Below are positions 33,561 to 43,033 of a stretch of DNA of 55,099 bases, one piece after another. Position 1 is the stretch's first letter. Each line of letters starts with the position of its first letter. A program made the translations under genes and the position numbers. The DNA comes from Verrucomicrobiota bacterium (GTDB taxonomy: Bacteria; Verrucomicrobiota; Verrucomicrobiia; JABWAM01), in the NCBI GenBank assembly GCA_016198745.1, contig JACQHZ010000407.1:1-55099 (forward strand), given 5' to 3'. The notes beneath the pieces are model-generated. The model saw nothing but the letters and a program-made list of their open reading frames with translations. It was not told the origin of the DNA and ran no database searches.

Positions 33561-36500
33561 TTAGAGTACGGTCGTTCCAAGCAGGCCAACCAGCACTTCA
33601 TTGGAAAGGCAATCCAAGCGCACCCAGGCGATCTCTTGCAGCGCGCCCAGGTCCATGTTCAGAATCACCGCGTGAGTCTTCTCGCCCAGATATTGCGTGA
33701 AACCGCTTTGATGATAAGGCGTGCAAAGCCAGTCATCAAGATTGTCGGGATTGATCAGAGGCAGTTCTCGCACGCCTCCGTCGGCGAGCGTGACCGAAAC
33801 CCGCGCGTTCTCGATCCGGCTTTGCATGGGGTTGGTGGACGCGACGAGAAGGAGGAAAACCTCGCGCCCTCTCTTGTGAATGGGCAACTCGACGCTCCGG
33901 GGAAAATTCCGCCACTGGGAAGTGAAAACGACGTTGCGACCGTCTTCGGGGACCGCAAACGGGACCCCAAGGTCCGACCAAAAGGTCCCGCCCGTGCCTT
34001 TGAGTCTTTCGACGCACGGGTTGACCACACAACGGCCGCTGGCGTTGTGATCCCAGATCGAACGCCCGTCCTTCTTGACCGTGATCGAGTAGGTCATGGG
34101 ACGCGGATCGAGGTATTCGCGCTTGTGCAAGAGCACAAGGTCTTCGTTTACGTGGTCAGCCAACGAAACCATCTGCCAGGGCAGGTTCCGCCGCGCGCTT
34201 GCGTCAGTCGGAAGATTGTCAAATGGTCGCGTCACATTCCCAGCCGGCGCGCGCACCTCGAAGTCCACGGGCAGCCACGCCGCGCAGTCGTTCTGGCGCG
34301 TTAGCACGAAACAGATATGCCAACCGGCTTCCGCTCCAACTTTGGCGGTGAGTTCGGTCCTCGACCGCTTCGCGTCCGTCAGCGCGCCCTGCGGATCGCG
34401 CCACTCGAGCAACTCGCCATGTTTTGCTTTCACGACAAACGACGCGTCACGTTGGGCGCGGTTGGCAAATTCGACGGCGGGCAGTTCCGACGGCGCATAC
34501 GTGATTTCGATTTCGGCGGCCTTCGTGGCTGTTGTCGCGATGGCGACCCAGGTTCGTCCGATGCCCGGTTCCAAACGAAACGAAACACGCGCTCCGTTCA
34601 GCTTGACCTCGGTCACCTTCGATGTGCGCGCCATCAGCCGGACTTGATACCGCAACTTGCGCGGCGTGGAGATGCGAATGCTCTCCACCGCCCCGTCCCA
34701 GGTGTAGCGGCAGGCGATGTCTTTCGCTTCAATCGAGGCGTGTTTCCAATCGCGCGGAAAACATGGCTGAACCGTCACCTGGTCATTCGGCGCATCCATC
34801 TGCACGCCGAACAGCCCTTCCACAATCGTTCGTAGAAACATCGAGGTGGCATCGGTGAAGTCGGTCGATCCTTTTTGACGGCCATCCGGGAACACCCAAT
34901 GCGTGAACGCCCCCGGACAGGGGCCCGCGAGGAAGCTGGCCATGATGCCGTCGAGCAACGCCTCCGCTTGCGCGGCCAGGCCGAGACGATAGTAACACAG
35001 CAAGAGATGAATCATCTCTTGCGGAAAAAGCCCGTGACTCGAATACAGCGGCGGCAACCAGTTGCTCGACCACACCAGCCGTCCGCCGCCGGAAACGGTG
35101 TCGGTCTCGTTGGGAATGGCGTGTTCGCTGTAGCGCAACATCTGGTAGCTCTCGAAATCATCGCAGAATCTCGCGTCGATGGGGAGATAGATGCTGGCCA
35201 GTTCCGGGGCCTCGTGTCGGCGCATCAAGCCGAGGGCATCTTTGTATTCGGCGTATATTCCCTTGTCGGAAACCCAGAGTTGCGCGCGACAGGCCGCCTT
35301 GATTTTCGCGGCGCGCGCATCGAAGACGCCGGCGTCCCGGCCAAGGCGGTACGCGATCGCGGCCATCAGTTTGTTCGCGCGCCAGTTATAGACGCTGGCC
35401 TGGATGCAACCGCCGCCGTTATACCAATGCGCGTCCGAACCCCATGTGTTCAGAAAATTTTCATAAAGCCCGTCGCCGTCCGCGTCCAGACAGCGCTCTT
35501 CCCACAACAACTTGTCGGCGATGAAATCGAACATGCCCGCCATGAAATCGAGGTCGCCCGTCCATTCCCAGTCGTAGAGCGCGTGATCCACCAACACCTC
35601 GCCCATGTTATAAACGCCAAAGTTGAACACGCCCTTGGATGTTCGAGCGACAGGCAGGATGAAACCGCGACATTCCGCGCCGCCGGGATAGTTCCCATAG
35701 ACGGGCCAATGGATATTCGGAAATTCCGGTTCGCGAAGCTGGCTCGCGCGAAATTCAGCCGTGGAAGATTGGACGCGGTCGTGCCAGCCGAGCACGGTTG
35801 CGCCATAGCAAATCCGCCAGCCCGCGTAAGGGGTCGTCCATGACCACGGGCCGTGAGTGAAGGTCGGATCATGCCACGCGGCGTCCTGCGCCAGCACTTG
35901 GGCCGCGAAACCCAGATCGAGGCGCTTGTCGGGCGTTTCGATGCGCGTTGTCTGAGAGAGATTCCAGTAATGCCGGCAGCACGCTTCAAAGACCGGTGAC
36001 GGGTTCTGCAGACAAGCCCGGATCGAGGACGAGGAAAGGTTCTCCGTCGTGAGCGCCAGGTAGAGTTGCATGCCCGGCGTTGCTTCACAGGCCGCGACCA
36101 CGAGCGGCTGATTGCCGGGTTGCGAAGCGAGTGCCGCACCCGGGCCGCCGCCGAAAGCGGAGGCATCGCCGATGCGCCAATGCATGGCACGATTGGCGGC
36201 GGCGAAGAGCGTCCTTTGATGTTCCTTTTGCGGTCGGCGCAAACCGAAACCGTTTTGAAGCAACGAGATTTCGTTGCCTTCGCAGTCCGCCGGCTTGAAA
36301 TCCCTGGCACTGCCCCGCCCCAATTGGTAGTCGAGCGTCCCGATCTTGAAAAGCGTCGCGCCGCCAAAGGCGCACACCAGTTTGCCCGCTGGAAAGATTT
36401 TGGGCAACACCAGTTTGATCAACAGTCCCTCAAATTCCACGGGCGAAACGCAGAAAATTCGGATCGGTTCAGCGAGACCATCCGTGCGCAATTCATATTC

Positions 36501-36842
36501 CTGATGCCCTCGCACGTAGCGGGCCTTGATGAAGTCGAAATCATCGAGCCATGCGTCCACGTTCCCCGCGCGAACGCCGGGCAGGAAATGCCCCAGCTTC
36601 ACGTCGCCCATGTAATCTTCTTTGTGCGCGACGCGCCAGTTGATCAGCGTGATCAGGGCGTTCGGGCTGTCGCCGACGATTGAAAGCAAACGCTCCTCGA
36701 AATGATCGCGGTCGCGGCAATGCGGACCGGGCAGGTAGCGATTGTAAATGCCGGGACCGTTGACGATCTCGAAACCGTCGTTCACCACGTCATACGCGGG
36801 CGATTGTGGTTTCAGCGTCATGGAATGGTTGCGGGATTTCAC
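33561..36842 (-). CDS. large (alpha/alpha)6 six-hairpin glycosidase-like protein (family unassigned)
   Basis: 1093-aa ORF. The central region DADGDGLYENFLNTWGSDAHWYNGGGCIQASVYNWRANKLMAAIAYRLGRD...LLCYYRLGLAAQAEALLDGI is typical of six-hairpin barrels (GH78/GH95/GH65-like fold). No signal peptide seen. Confidence 0.6.
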   Translation of the reverse strand: MKSRNHSMTLKPQSPAYDVVNDGFEIVNGPGIYNRYLPGPHCRDRDHFEERLLSIVGDSPNALITLINWRVAHKEDYMGDVKLGHFLPGVRAGNVDAWLDDFDFIKARYVRGHQEYELRTDGLAEPIRIFCVSPVEFEGLLIKLVLPKIFPAGKLVCAFGGATLFKIGTLDYQLGRGSARDFKPADCEGNEISLLQNGFGLRRPQKEHQRTLFAAANRAMHWRIGDASAFGGGPGAALASQPGNQPLVVAACEATPGMQLYLALTTENLSSSSIRACLQNPSPVFEACCRHYWNLSQTTRIETPDKRLDLGFAAQVLAQDAAWHDPTFTHGPWSWTTPYAGWRICYGATVLGWHDRVQSSTAEFRASQLREPEFPNIHWPVYGNYPGGAECRGFILPVARTSKGVFNFGVYNMGEVLVDHALYDWEWTGDLDFMAGMFDFIADKLLWEERCLDADGDGLYENFLNTWGSDAHWYNGGGCIQASVYNWRANKLMAAIAYRLGRDAGVFDARAAKIKAACRAQLWVSDKGIYAEYKDALGLMRRHEAPELASIYLPIDARFCDDFESYQMLRYSEHAIPNETDTVSGGGRLVWSSNWLPPLYSSHGLFPQEMIHLLLCYYRLGLAAQAEALLDGIMASFLAGPCPGAFTHWVFPDGRQKGSTDFTDATSMFLRTIVEGLFGVQMDAPNDQVTVQPCFPRDWKHASIEAKDIACRYTWDGAVESIRISTPRKLRYQVRLMARTSKVTEVKLNGARVSFRLEPGIGRTWVAIATTATKAAEIEITYAPSELPAVEFANRAQRDASFVVKAKHGELLEWRDPQGALTDAKRSRTELTAKVGAEAGWHICFVLTRQNDCAAWLPVDFEVRAPAGNVTRPFDNLPTDASARRNLPWQMVSLADHVNEDLVLLHKREYLDPRPMTYSITVKKDGRSIWDHNASGRCVVNPCVERLKGTGGTFWSDLGVPFAVPEDGRNVVFTSQWRNFPRSVELPIHKRGREVFLLLVASTNPMQSRIENARVSVTLADGGVRELPLINPDNLDDWLCTPYHQSGFTQYLGEKTHAVILNMDLGALQEIAWVRLDCLSNEVLVGLLGTTVL

Positions 36843-36884
36843 CGCGAGGCTTTATGTTTGCGCGTAGATTGGGTGAGGACGCGC

Positions 36885-37604
36885 CTACTTCCACTTTCGC
36901 GCAATGTTGGATATGCGCACTTCGTCAATCGCGCCCTCAAAATCACCGTCGTGCGCGCGATCGCCGATGCGGAGGGTGAGGTTCGGGTTTGTCAAATCAA
37001 TCAATCCCTTCATCGAAACGGCTTCTCCCGCGACACCGTCCACATACAACCCCGCGTTCGCCTTTCGCTCGGCGATCAGCGCGAGGTGATGCCACTCTCC
37101 GTCGTTCACTTTCGCCTCATGTTTCAATTCAATCCGCCGCACGCCGTCGGCGATGAGCGCGTTGACGTTGCCGCCGCGAAGGTAAACCATGAAGCCCGGA
37201 TGCGTGGGAGCCGGATTGCATTTCTTGTTGATGAGATGACTGTAGGCGTTCGTCGTCGTGGTTTTGATCCAGAGTTCGACGGTGAAATCGGTCGAGTCGC
37301 CAAAATCGAAATCGGGCGGTTTGCCTCGTTCGCCTCCGCAATCCACGTAATCATCGTCGCCGTCAAACTCAAGCGCCTTGCCAAATTTGCCTTCCGTCAT
37401 CTTGGCGCCGTTGATCTTGCCGTGGTTGCCGCGCTCGCTGCCATCCTGGGCAATGCCGCTCTTGGCGTCGTCGAGGTGGAGGAGCAGGAGGGTATGCGCG
37501 TCGGCGACGGGCGGTTTGGTGAGGTCAATCAGGTCGTCCGCCGCAAACGCAGTGAACGAGCAAGACGCGATCAAACAAAACACAAACGTGATTTCTCTCT
37601 TCAT
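36885..37604 (-). CDS. secreted LamG (concanavalin A-like lectin/glucanase, Laminin_G_3) domain protein
   Basis: Signal peptide MKREITFVFCLIASCSFTAFA. Motifs LLLLHLDD..G..A.D.S..GNHGKI.G....EGKFGKALEFDG.DDYVDCG, DFTVELWIK, NDGEWHHLALI, LYVDGV, FEGAIDEVRISN. Paralog at 51224..51958. Confidence 0.85.
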   Translation of the reverse strand: MKREITFVFCLIASCSFTAFAADDLIDLTKPPVADAHTLLLLHLDDAKSGIAQDGSERGNHGKINGAKMTEGKFGKALEFDGDDDYVDCGGERGKPPDFDFGDSTDFTVELWIKTTTTNAYSHLINKKCNPAPTHPGFMVYLRGGNVNALIADGVRRIELKHEAKVNDGEWHHLALIAERKANAGLYVDGVAGEAVSMKGLIDLTNPNLTLRIGDRAHDGDFEGAIDEVRISNIARKWK

Positions 37605-37628
37605 TGTGCATTCTTCCTTTCCATGAGG

Positions 37629-40064
37629 TTATTTTCCGAATTTCCATTCCCCGAAATGGTTCGGTTCGGCGAAGCGTTCTTCGACGCCGTTCCAGGTTGA
37701 GTTTTCCTTGCTGGGTTGTTCTTCGCGGGCCAGATTGGCCCGCCAAACCGTGCTCACGGAAGGCGCTGGCGCGCCGAGCGACGCAAACGGAATCTGGATT
37801 TCAACTGTCCATGCGTTCCCGTCCGCTTTCGTGGCGCAGGACCAATCAAGATTGTAAGCGACCTTGTCGTTCAGGCCATCCCATTGCGCGCCTGCGGGGT
37901 TGACAGTAAGATGCCACCAATGGCTCGGATCGTTTGTTTCGCTGAAAAACACTTCGATCAAGTCGTCATCGTGGTAAATCTTGCCGTCGTCACGCGGCCA
38001 GCGATTCGCTTTAATTTCATCGGATTTCAATTCCGCGCAGCGAAACGCGATGTAGAGGTTGGCGTCGTCATAGATCAATCGGGCGGTCGTGACGCGGCTG
38101 GCGGAGACACGCATTCCCGCCAGGCGGAACTCATCCGCCACCGCCACCTTGGCCCAGGCCGCGTCGGAAAGATCGCCGTCAAGGATGGGCGCGGCGGTTC
38201 CGGCCGGCAGACGCGGGATGACAAGCTTGCGCTGCTCCGGCGCCCAGATCGCCTTCGGATCGGCCGTCAACGCCAAGGCTAACTCCTGGCCGCGCTCCCC
38301 ATCGGAGCAATGGAAGACGGATTGGGCCGGGTTCTTGAGCAGACCCGCCCGGCGCAGGTTGTCGTGGAGTTGAACCAAGTTGTCGCCGAACATTTGCAAT
38401 CGCCGCCGCTGCGGCTCGGTCTGCGCCTGGCGCAGGGCTTCACCGTACAATCGCTTGATCTGCTCGAAGCGGGGGAGATAAACATCCACGATGACGTCGT
38501 AGGTGACGTCGTAATTTCGCTTCGTTTCTTTCCGTTTGTGCTCCTTCAGCGCTGAATCAAGCAGCGCGAACAACTCCTGCATGGTTCGCCAACCAGGACC
38601 GTAGGCGCGTTCCAGCCATTCCCGATAGGTTTTCTCGACGTCAATGTTCGCGTCCCATGCTTGCCTGGCAAACAGATAGTTCAACGGAGCGCCGTATCCC
38701 CAGGCGTTGAGGCCAACCAGGTAAACGCCTTTCGCCCCAACGCTTTTGATCGTGGGGATTTCCAGCTTGAGAAGCTCGATGCTTGGCGGAATCGGTGCGC
38801 CAGACTGCGACCGCATCCACATGGTGTAACTGGTGAGCGAAAAGTGTTTCGTCAACACCGACCAAGCTCGCGCGACATCCTTGAACTCAGCGAGATGCTT
38901 GGGCTTGTAGAGGCCGAAGCCGTAGTATTCGAGGGCCGCCCATTCCAGCGCCACATTAGGCTCCATCGAGATCGCGCGTTGAGGCGGGTACATGTAGTTG
39001 TAATAAACCAGCCCGCAGAGCAGCTTGTCGGGATATTTCGCTCCGACGATTTTGGCGATGTCATTGTAGAACTTGAGGATCAGATAGCTGTACGACGGAT
39101 CGCCGTGCGGGTTCTTCTCGACAAAGGAGAGGCATGTCGGGCACTTGCAAAAGCCGCCGCCATCCGTTGGTGAAATGCAAGCAAACGGCATTTCTGGATG
39201 TTTCTCGATCCAATGAATCACACCCTGGGCGAACTCTCGCACCACCGCCTCCTTGCTCGTACAGTACTTGTCTTTATCACCGTCAACCGCCAGGTATTCA
39301 GGATGTTTTTTCAACGTCTCTTTCGAAATGTATTCGTCCCAAGCATGTCCGGCGCTGGTGAGAAGGGTGCCGCCGAGTTTTTGACGGCGAATCCACTCGT
39401 TCACTTCGGGCCGGCCTTTTCGTCCGCCGGCGCTCTCCTGGACGTAAGCAAGAATGCGCTTGGGAAAGGCAGGCGACTCAGTCAGATTGATCCGCGGGAT
39501 GCGCAATTTGGCGCGCTTCGGGATATCCTCGCCCCACTCGCCGGGGAGCAACCAACGAACATCCAGAAACTTTTCGAGGAAGGCATACGTCCCGATCAGC
39601 GTGCCATGACTCACCCGGATATCGCCTGCCGCGCCGCCGGGTTGGGAGGTGATCTTCGCGTCAGGATCGTCCTTTCCCGCAATGAAGAGGTTTTGTTCGC
39701 GCGACTGAATAACAAACGCGTCGTCGGGAAGACCTTTCAGGGAAATGCCGGCGGCGCGAGACGCCGCTGTATCGCCGAGTGCGATCATCGGCCTAGCCGG
39801 CCCATGCACAATGGGAAGCTTCACGCCCGCTGCGATTTCGATGCCGCGCTGCAATTCTTGCGCGGCAAGTTTGATGGAGCTGGGCGCGTTCGTCTCAAAA
39901 TAAATTCGATACTGGGATTGTCCGTTTTGAGCAATCCGGAATGAGGGATCGCCGCACGAGGCGCAAAGGACCGCCCCCACCAGCAAGGCAAGTGGAAGAA
40001 GACAGCGGCCTTTGCCCACTGATGACTGCTCACTGATCACTGATAACTGATCACTGGTTCTCAT
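37629..40064 (-). CDS. DUF4838-like secreted protein with C-terminal CBM9-like carbohydrate-binding domain (copy 1)
   Basis: Lipoprotein-like signal [18 protein letters not shown]. Central CxCxxC ([10 protein letters not shown]). C-terminus [18 protein letters not shown]...ANLYIAFRC...DDLIEVFF...WTVEIQIPF...WRANLAREE is CBM9/DOMON-like. ATGA overlap with the DUF1559 stop (40061..40064). The DUF4838 call is from memory, not searched. Confidence 0.7.
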   Translation of the reverse strand: MRTSDQLSVISEQSSVGKGRCLLPLALLVGAVLCASCGDPSFRIAQNGQSQYRIYFETNAPSSIKLAAQELQRGIEIAAGVKLPIVHGPARPMIALGDTAASRAAGISLKGLPDDAFVIQSREQNLFIAGKDDPDAKITSQPGGAAGDIRVSHGTLIGTYAFLEKFLDVRWLLPGEWGEDIPKRAKLRIPRINLTESPAFPKRILAYVQESAGGRKGRPEVNEWIRRQKLGGTLLTSAGHAWDEYISKETLKKHPEYLAVDGDKDKYCTSKEAVVREFAQGVIHWIEKHPEMPFACISPTDGGGFCKCPTCLSFVEKNPHGDPSYSYLILKFYNDIAKIVGAKYPDKLLCGLVYYNYMYPPQRAISMEPNVALEWAALEYYGFGLYKPKHLAEFKDVARAWSVLTKHFSLTSYTMWMRSQSGAPIPPSIELLKLEIPTIKSVGAKGVYLVGLNAWGYGAPLNYLFARQAWDANIDVEKTYREWLERAYGPGWRTMQELFALLDSALKEHKRKETKRNYDVTYDVIVDVYLPRFEQIKRLYGEALRQAQTEPQRRRLQMFGDNLVQLHDNLRRAGLLKNPAQSVFHCSDGERGQELALALTADPKAIWAPEQRKLVIPRLPAGTAAPILDGDLSDAAWAKVAVADEFRLAGMRVSASRVTTARLIYDDANLYIAFRCAELKSDEIKANRWPRDDGKIYHDDDLIEVFFSETNDPSHWWHLTVNPAGAQWDGLNDKVAYNLDWSCATKADGNAWTVEIQIPFASLGAPAPSVSTVWRANLAREEQPSKENSTWNGVEERFAEPNHFGEWKFGK
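40015..40056. repeat. six tandem imperfect heptamers (minus strand CAGTGAT/CAGTTAT...) at the DUF1559/DUF4838 junction, copy 1
   Basis: Plus strand: CCCACTG ATGACTG CTCACTG ATCACTG ATAACTG ATCACTG. On the minus strand these are translated in frame as ..[15 protein letters not shown].. at the N-terminus of 37629..40064. Confidence 0.8.
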
Positions 40065-40822
40065 GGCGTCCATTGCTGGCTGTCGTTGACAAACTTTTCA
40101 ACGGCTTGCTTCTCGGCGTGACCATTCACGAAGACGACGTTGATGATCTTGCCGTGGCGGCCATTCAGCGAATCCTTGGTGAAGTCGGCATTATACATTG
40201 CCGTGCCCGCTGGGTTGTAGCCGGGGATGTACCAGTAGGCGTAGCCCGGATCCAACGCGGTGCTTTGTCGGATCATGTATCCGCCGGCGTCGAAAACGAA
40301 AATGATTCGCGCGGATTCTGCGACCGATGACAACTTTCGCGGCGGATAACACAGGTCTCTGAGAAGACCGTAGTTGCCGAATTCAATTTGCCCAGCAGAC
40401 TGAACGCCGGAGGGGCACTGTTCCCATTCAACGACTTCCGTGTAAGGGACATTTCTTCCGGTGATGACTTTCGCAACTTGTTGCTGCCAGAAAACGTCTG
40501 TGCCTCCCGCAAATTCATAGCCGGTCGGGCAATAATCATTCTCATCGTTGGCGTACATCAAGAGTCCGTGATACAGGTTCTTGAGATTGGACAGGCATTT
40601 CACCCCCTTTGCCTGTTCCCGGGCGTTTCGCAGGGCGGGCGCCAGCAGCGCCGCCAGAATCGAAATGATTGCAATGACGACCAAGAGCTCAATGAGCGTA
40701 AATGCTGATTGCTCCCGCTTTGCGGGACCGAATGCCGATTGCCGATTGAATGACGACACGTGAAGCGTGAGCGGTGAGCCGCAACGAAGCATCTCCTGAT
40801 TCGCGGATCGTTTATCATTCAC
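40061..40822 (-). CDS. DUF1559-like prepilin-type protein (first gene of operon)
   Basis: [33 protein letters not shown] and C-terminal [16 protein letters not shown] start at 40822 (alternative ATG at 40792). Close paralog of 54563..55099. Confidence 0.8.
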   Translation of the reverse strand: MNDKRSANQEMLRCGSPLTLHVSSFNRQSAFGPAKREQSAFTLIELLVVIAIISILAALLAPALRNAREQAKGVKCLSNLKNLYHGLLMYANDENDYCPTGYEFAGGTDVFWQQQVAKVITGRNVPYTEVVEWEQCPSGVQSAGQIEFGNYGLLRDLCYPPRKLSSVAESARIIFVFDAGGYMIRQSTALDPGYAYWYIPGYNPAGTAMYNADFTKDSLNGRHGKIINVVFVNGHAEKQAVEKFVNDSQQWTP

Positions 40823-40852
40823 GATACACTACCGTAGTTGACGTTCGATCTT

Positions 40853-41036
40853 CATGCGTCCGTCCTCGCGGAAGCGGGGATCGCCAACCGTTGAACCGTG
40901 AACCTCTGAACCGTGAGCCTGAGTGGTTGCCATTCCTGTCACTATACGCGCTTCCCGAACCAGAACAACGAACGGCCGCGGGGAACCTCGGGATGTGAAT
41001 GAGTCACTTTTCGGAGGGCCGCCAAGTCATTCCTTG
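40853..41036 (-). promoter_or_regulatory. conserved promoter/5' leader cassette, copy B
   Basis: Aligns with 2737..2905. It carries GTGAATGAGTCAC at 40995..41007 and an expanded TGAACC-repeat block at 40885..40919. The cassette's terminal ATG (40855..40853) opens only an 8-codon mini-ORF (MKIERQLR*), which stops 6 nt before the in-frame GTG of the DUF1559 gene. Confidence 0.5.
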
Positions 41037-41073
41037 TCATTTGCCGCCGCGTTTTTCATATTCCGTACTCCCT

Positions 41074-41108
41074 CAACCGTTGAACCGTGAACCCTTGAAC
41101 CCTGAACC
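41074..41108. repeat. TGAACC-type 7-8-nt tandem repeat block (third locus)
   Basis: CAACCGTTGAACCGTGAACCCTTGAACCCTGAACCC. The 20-mer CAACCGTTGAACCGTGAACC is also found at 2769 and 40885. It is followed by the hairpin CCCCCGC-TTTT-GCGGGGG. Confidence 0.7.
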
Positions 41109-41150
41109 CCCGCTTTTGCGGGGGCAGGCTCTGAGTAATTACGAAAACAA

Positions 41151-41996
41151 ATGCATCCCCGACTTCATAAGCTGCTGGATTATCTGGAAAGCGCGGTCCG
41201 GCTTGATCGTCGGGCGGAAATGGACGACCTGTATCGGCGGGCGCTTCGCTGGGAAGCGGTCGAGCGCCTGCCGATCAGCCTGACGTATCCGCTGCCAAGT
41301 TCGAGTCCTTTCAAGCTCTTTCCCCACCACGAGGTGTTCGATGATCCCGAGAAGATGCTCTTCAATGAACTGGTCCATGCATTCGAGACGAGCATCGTCT
41401 GCCACAACGAAGTCGGGGACGATTTGCCGTGGACGATCCGCGCAAACTTCGGCACAGGTGTGATCGCTTCTGTATTCGACGCGAAAATCGAACAGGTCGA
41501 AGACAACCCGCCCTGGACGCGTCCCTACGAGAGCCTGGACGCGTTCCAGCAAGTCTTCGATTGCGACCCGCTCGATTTCAGCCGCGGCTGGTGTCCGCGC
41601 GTCATCGACCGCTATCAATTCTACCACGCGGCGCTCGCCGGCTATCCGCGACTCCGCCAAGCCGTGCGGCGGGTTATCCCCGACTTACAAGGGCCGATGG
41701 ACACGGCGGAACTGCTGCGCGGCAGCGAGATCTATGCGGACTTGATCGAAATGAACGATCTCGATTGTCTCTATGCCATCGCCAGGGAACGGAAGATCGC
41801 GTTGATCCGTGTGGATGTGCCTGAGAACGAACTGCTGTCAGGGCGGGTCATGCAACGCTTTCCCTCAGGGGGCGTGTTGCGGCACAAGGCGGCGTCCGTT
41901 GAAGACGCAGCGCGAATCATGGCGAGCTACCGGAAATCGTGCGCGATGAAAACGGTTGCCCAGGCCCGCCTGCCGCGGCGGCGCAAGCCGGCATGA
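41151..41996 (+). CDS. hypothetical protein, N-terminal half resembles the uroporphyrinogen-decarboxylase (URO-D) family; possibly internally truncated
   Basis: 281 aa. Segments TIRANFGTGVIASVFDAKIEQVEDNPPW and IPDLQGPMDTAELLRGSEIY resemble URO-D-like proteins, but the length is ~100 aa short of that family. ATGA-type overlap with the next gene at 41993..41996. Confidence 0.4.
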   Translation: MHPRLHKLLDYLESAVRLDRRAEMDDLYRRALRWEAVERLPISLTYPLPSSSPFKLFPHHEVFDDPEKMLFNELVHAFETSIVCHNEVGDDLPWTIRANFGTGVIASVFDAKIEQVEDNPPWTRPYESLDAFQQVFDCDPLDFSRGWCPRVIDRYQFYHAALAGYPRLRQAVRRVIPDLQGPMDTAELLRGSEIYADLIEMNDLDCLYAIARERKIALIRVDVPENELLSGRVMQRFPSGGVLRHKAASVEDAARIMASYRKSCAMKTVAQARLPRRRKPA

Positions 41997-43006
41997 TGAC
42001 TTCACGAGAACTGGCCTTCGAGGCGCTCGCGCATCGCAACCCGCGGCGCATTCCCTGGACGCTCCACGTGGCCAAGCCGCTCGCGAAAAAATTGGAAAAG
42101 CTCTGGGGCGCGCGCGACCACTGGCCGTGTCCCGGCGACGACCTCGTGCGCATCCTCTGGGACGTCGAAGTCAGCGACGTGAGTGCGTCGGGATTCAAGG
42201 ATCGCTTCGGCTGCGAATGGCGGCGCGAGCACGGGGGCTATGTGTTCGTCAACCCGCCGCTGGCGGAGACGGATGCAGCGTTGATCCCACGCGTCGAACT
42301 GATCACCGATGCGGATTTGCAGCTCATTCTGGACACGCGCCGCCGGCATCCCGACCAATTCATCTTCTACCAATTCACCGCGACGCTGGGCGAACGGCTC
42401 TGGAACTTGCGCGGCATGGAGAACACGATGATGGACTATCTGGCCGAGCCTGGGTTTGTCCACGCTGCACTTGATCTTTTGCTGGAGATGCATTTCCGCG
42501 CGCTCGACAAAATCCTGCCGCTGCCGATTGACGGCGTCACGTTCGGCGACGACTATGGTTCGCAGCGCGGCCTCATGATCAGCCGCGAAGTGTTTCGGAA
42601 ATTCTACAAGCCGCGCCTGGCAAAGCTGTACGCGCGCGTACGCGCGGCGGGCAAGGCGGCGGGTCATCATTCGTGCGGCGACAACACGCCGATCATGAGC
42701 GATCTTGTGGACATCGGGTTGCAGGTGTTCCATCCGCTCCAGCCCGAGGCGATGGACATTCGGCGGGTTAAACGCGAGTTCGGCAGACATCTCACCTTCC
42801 GCGGCGGCATCGGCACGCAACGGGCAATCGTGTTTGGCACGCCCGCGCAAGCGCGGGCCGAAGTGCTCGATGCCGTGAAGATTCTCGCGAAGAGCGGCGG
42901 CTACTTTCTGGAAACGGCCAAACCCTTGCCGGAGGAAACGCCGATCCAAAATGCCGTTGCCGTGGTCGCGGCCATGTGCGAGGCGATGAATTACCGGTTT
43001 GGATGA
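41993..43006 (+). CDS. uroporphyrinogen decarboxylase (URO-D/MtaA-like) family protein
   Basis: FGDDYGSQRGLMISREVFRKFYKP, HHSCGDNTPIMSDLVDIGLQVFHPLQPEAMD, TFRGGIGTQRAIVFGTP. Start set at MMTSRELAF (41993). Confidence 0.75.
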   Translation: MMTSRELAFEALAHRNPRRIPWTLHVAKPLAKKLEKLWGARDHWPCPGDDLVRILWDVEVSDVSASGFKDRFGCEWRREHGGYVFVNPPLAETDAALIPRVELITDADLQLILDTRRRHPDQFIFYQFTATLGERLWNLRGMENTMMDYLAEPGFVHAALDLLLEMHFRALDKILPLPIDGVTFGDDYGSQRGLMISREVFRKFYKPRLAKLYARVRAAGKAAGHHSCGDNTPIMSDLVDIGLQVFHPLQPEAMDIRRVKREFGRHLTFRGGIGTQRAIVFGTPAQARAEVLDAVKILAKSGGYFLETAKPLPEETPIQNAVAVVAAMCEAMNYRFG

Positions 43007-43024
43007 GGTTCACCTTTGCGTGAA
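42807..43024. repeat. 218-bp direct repeat, copy 1 (3' end of the URO-D-like gene plus 18 nt)
   Basis: Aligns without gaps to 43830..44047, with roughly 15-20 mismatches by eye. The first ~95 and last ~45 nt are almost identical. Confidence 0.9.
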
Positions 43025-43033
43025 GAACGGTTT

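Noticed and set aside
33279-37700. Plus-strand ORFs 33279..34304, 34875..35843, 36066..36683 and 36702..37700
   Set aside because: All are antisense to the six-hairpin and LamG genes. None has motifs. They fragment where the sense gene stays continuous.
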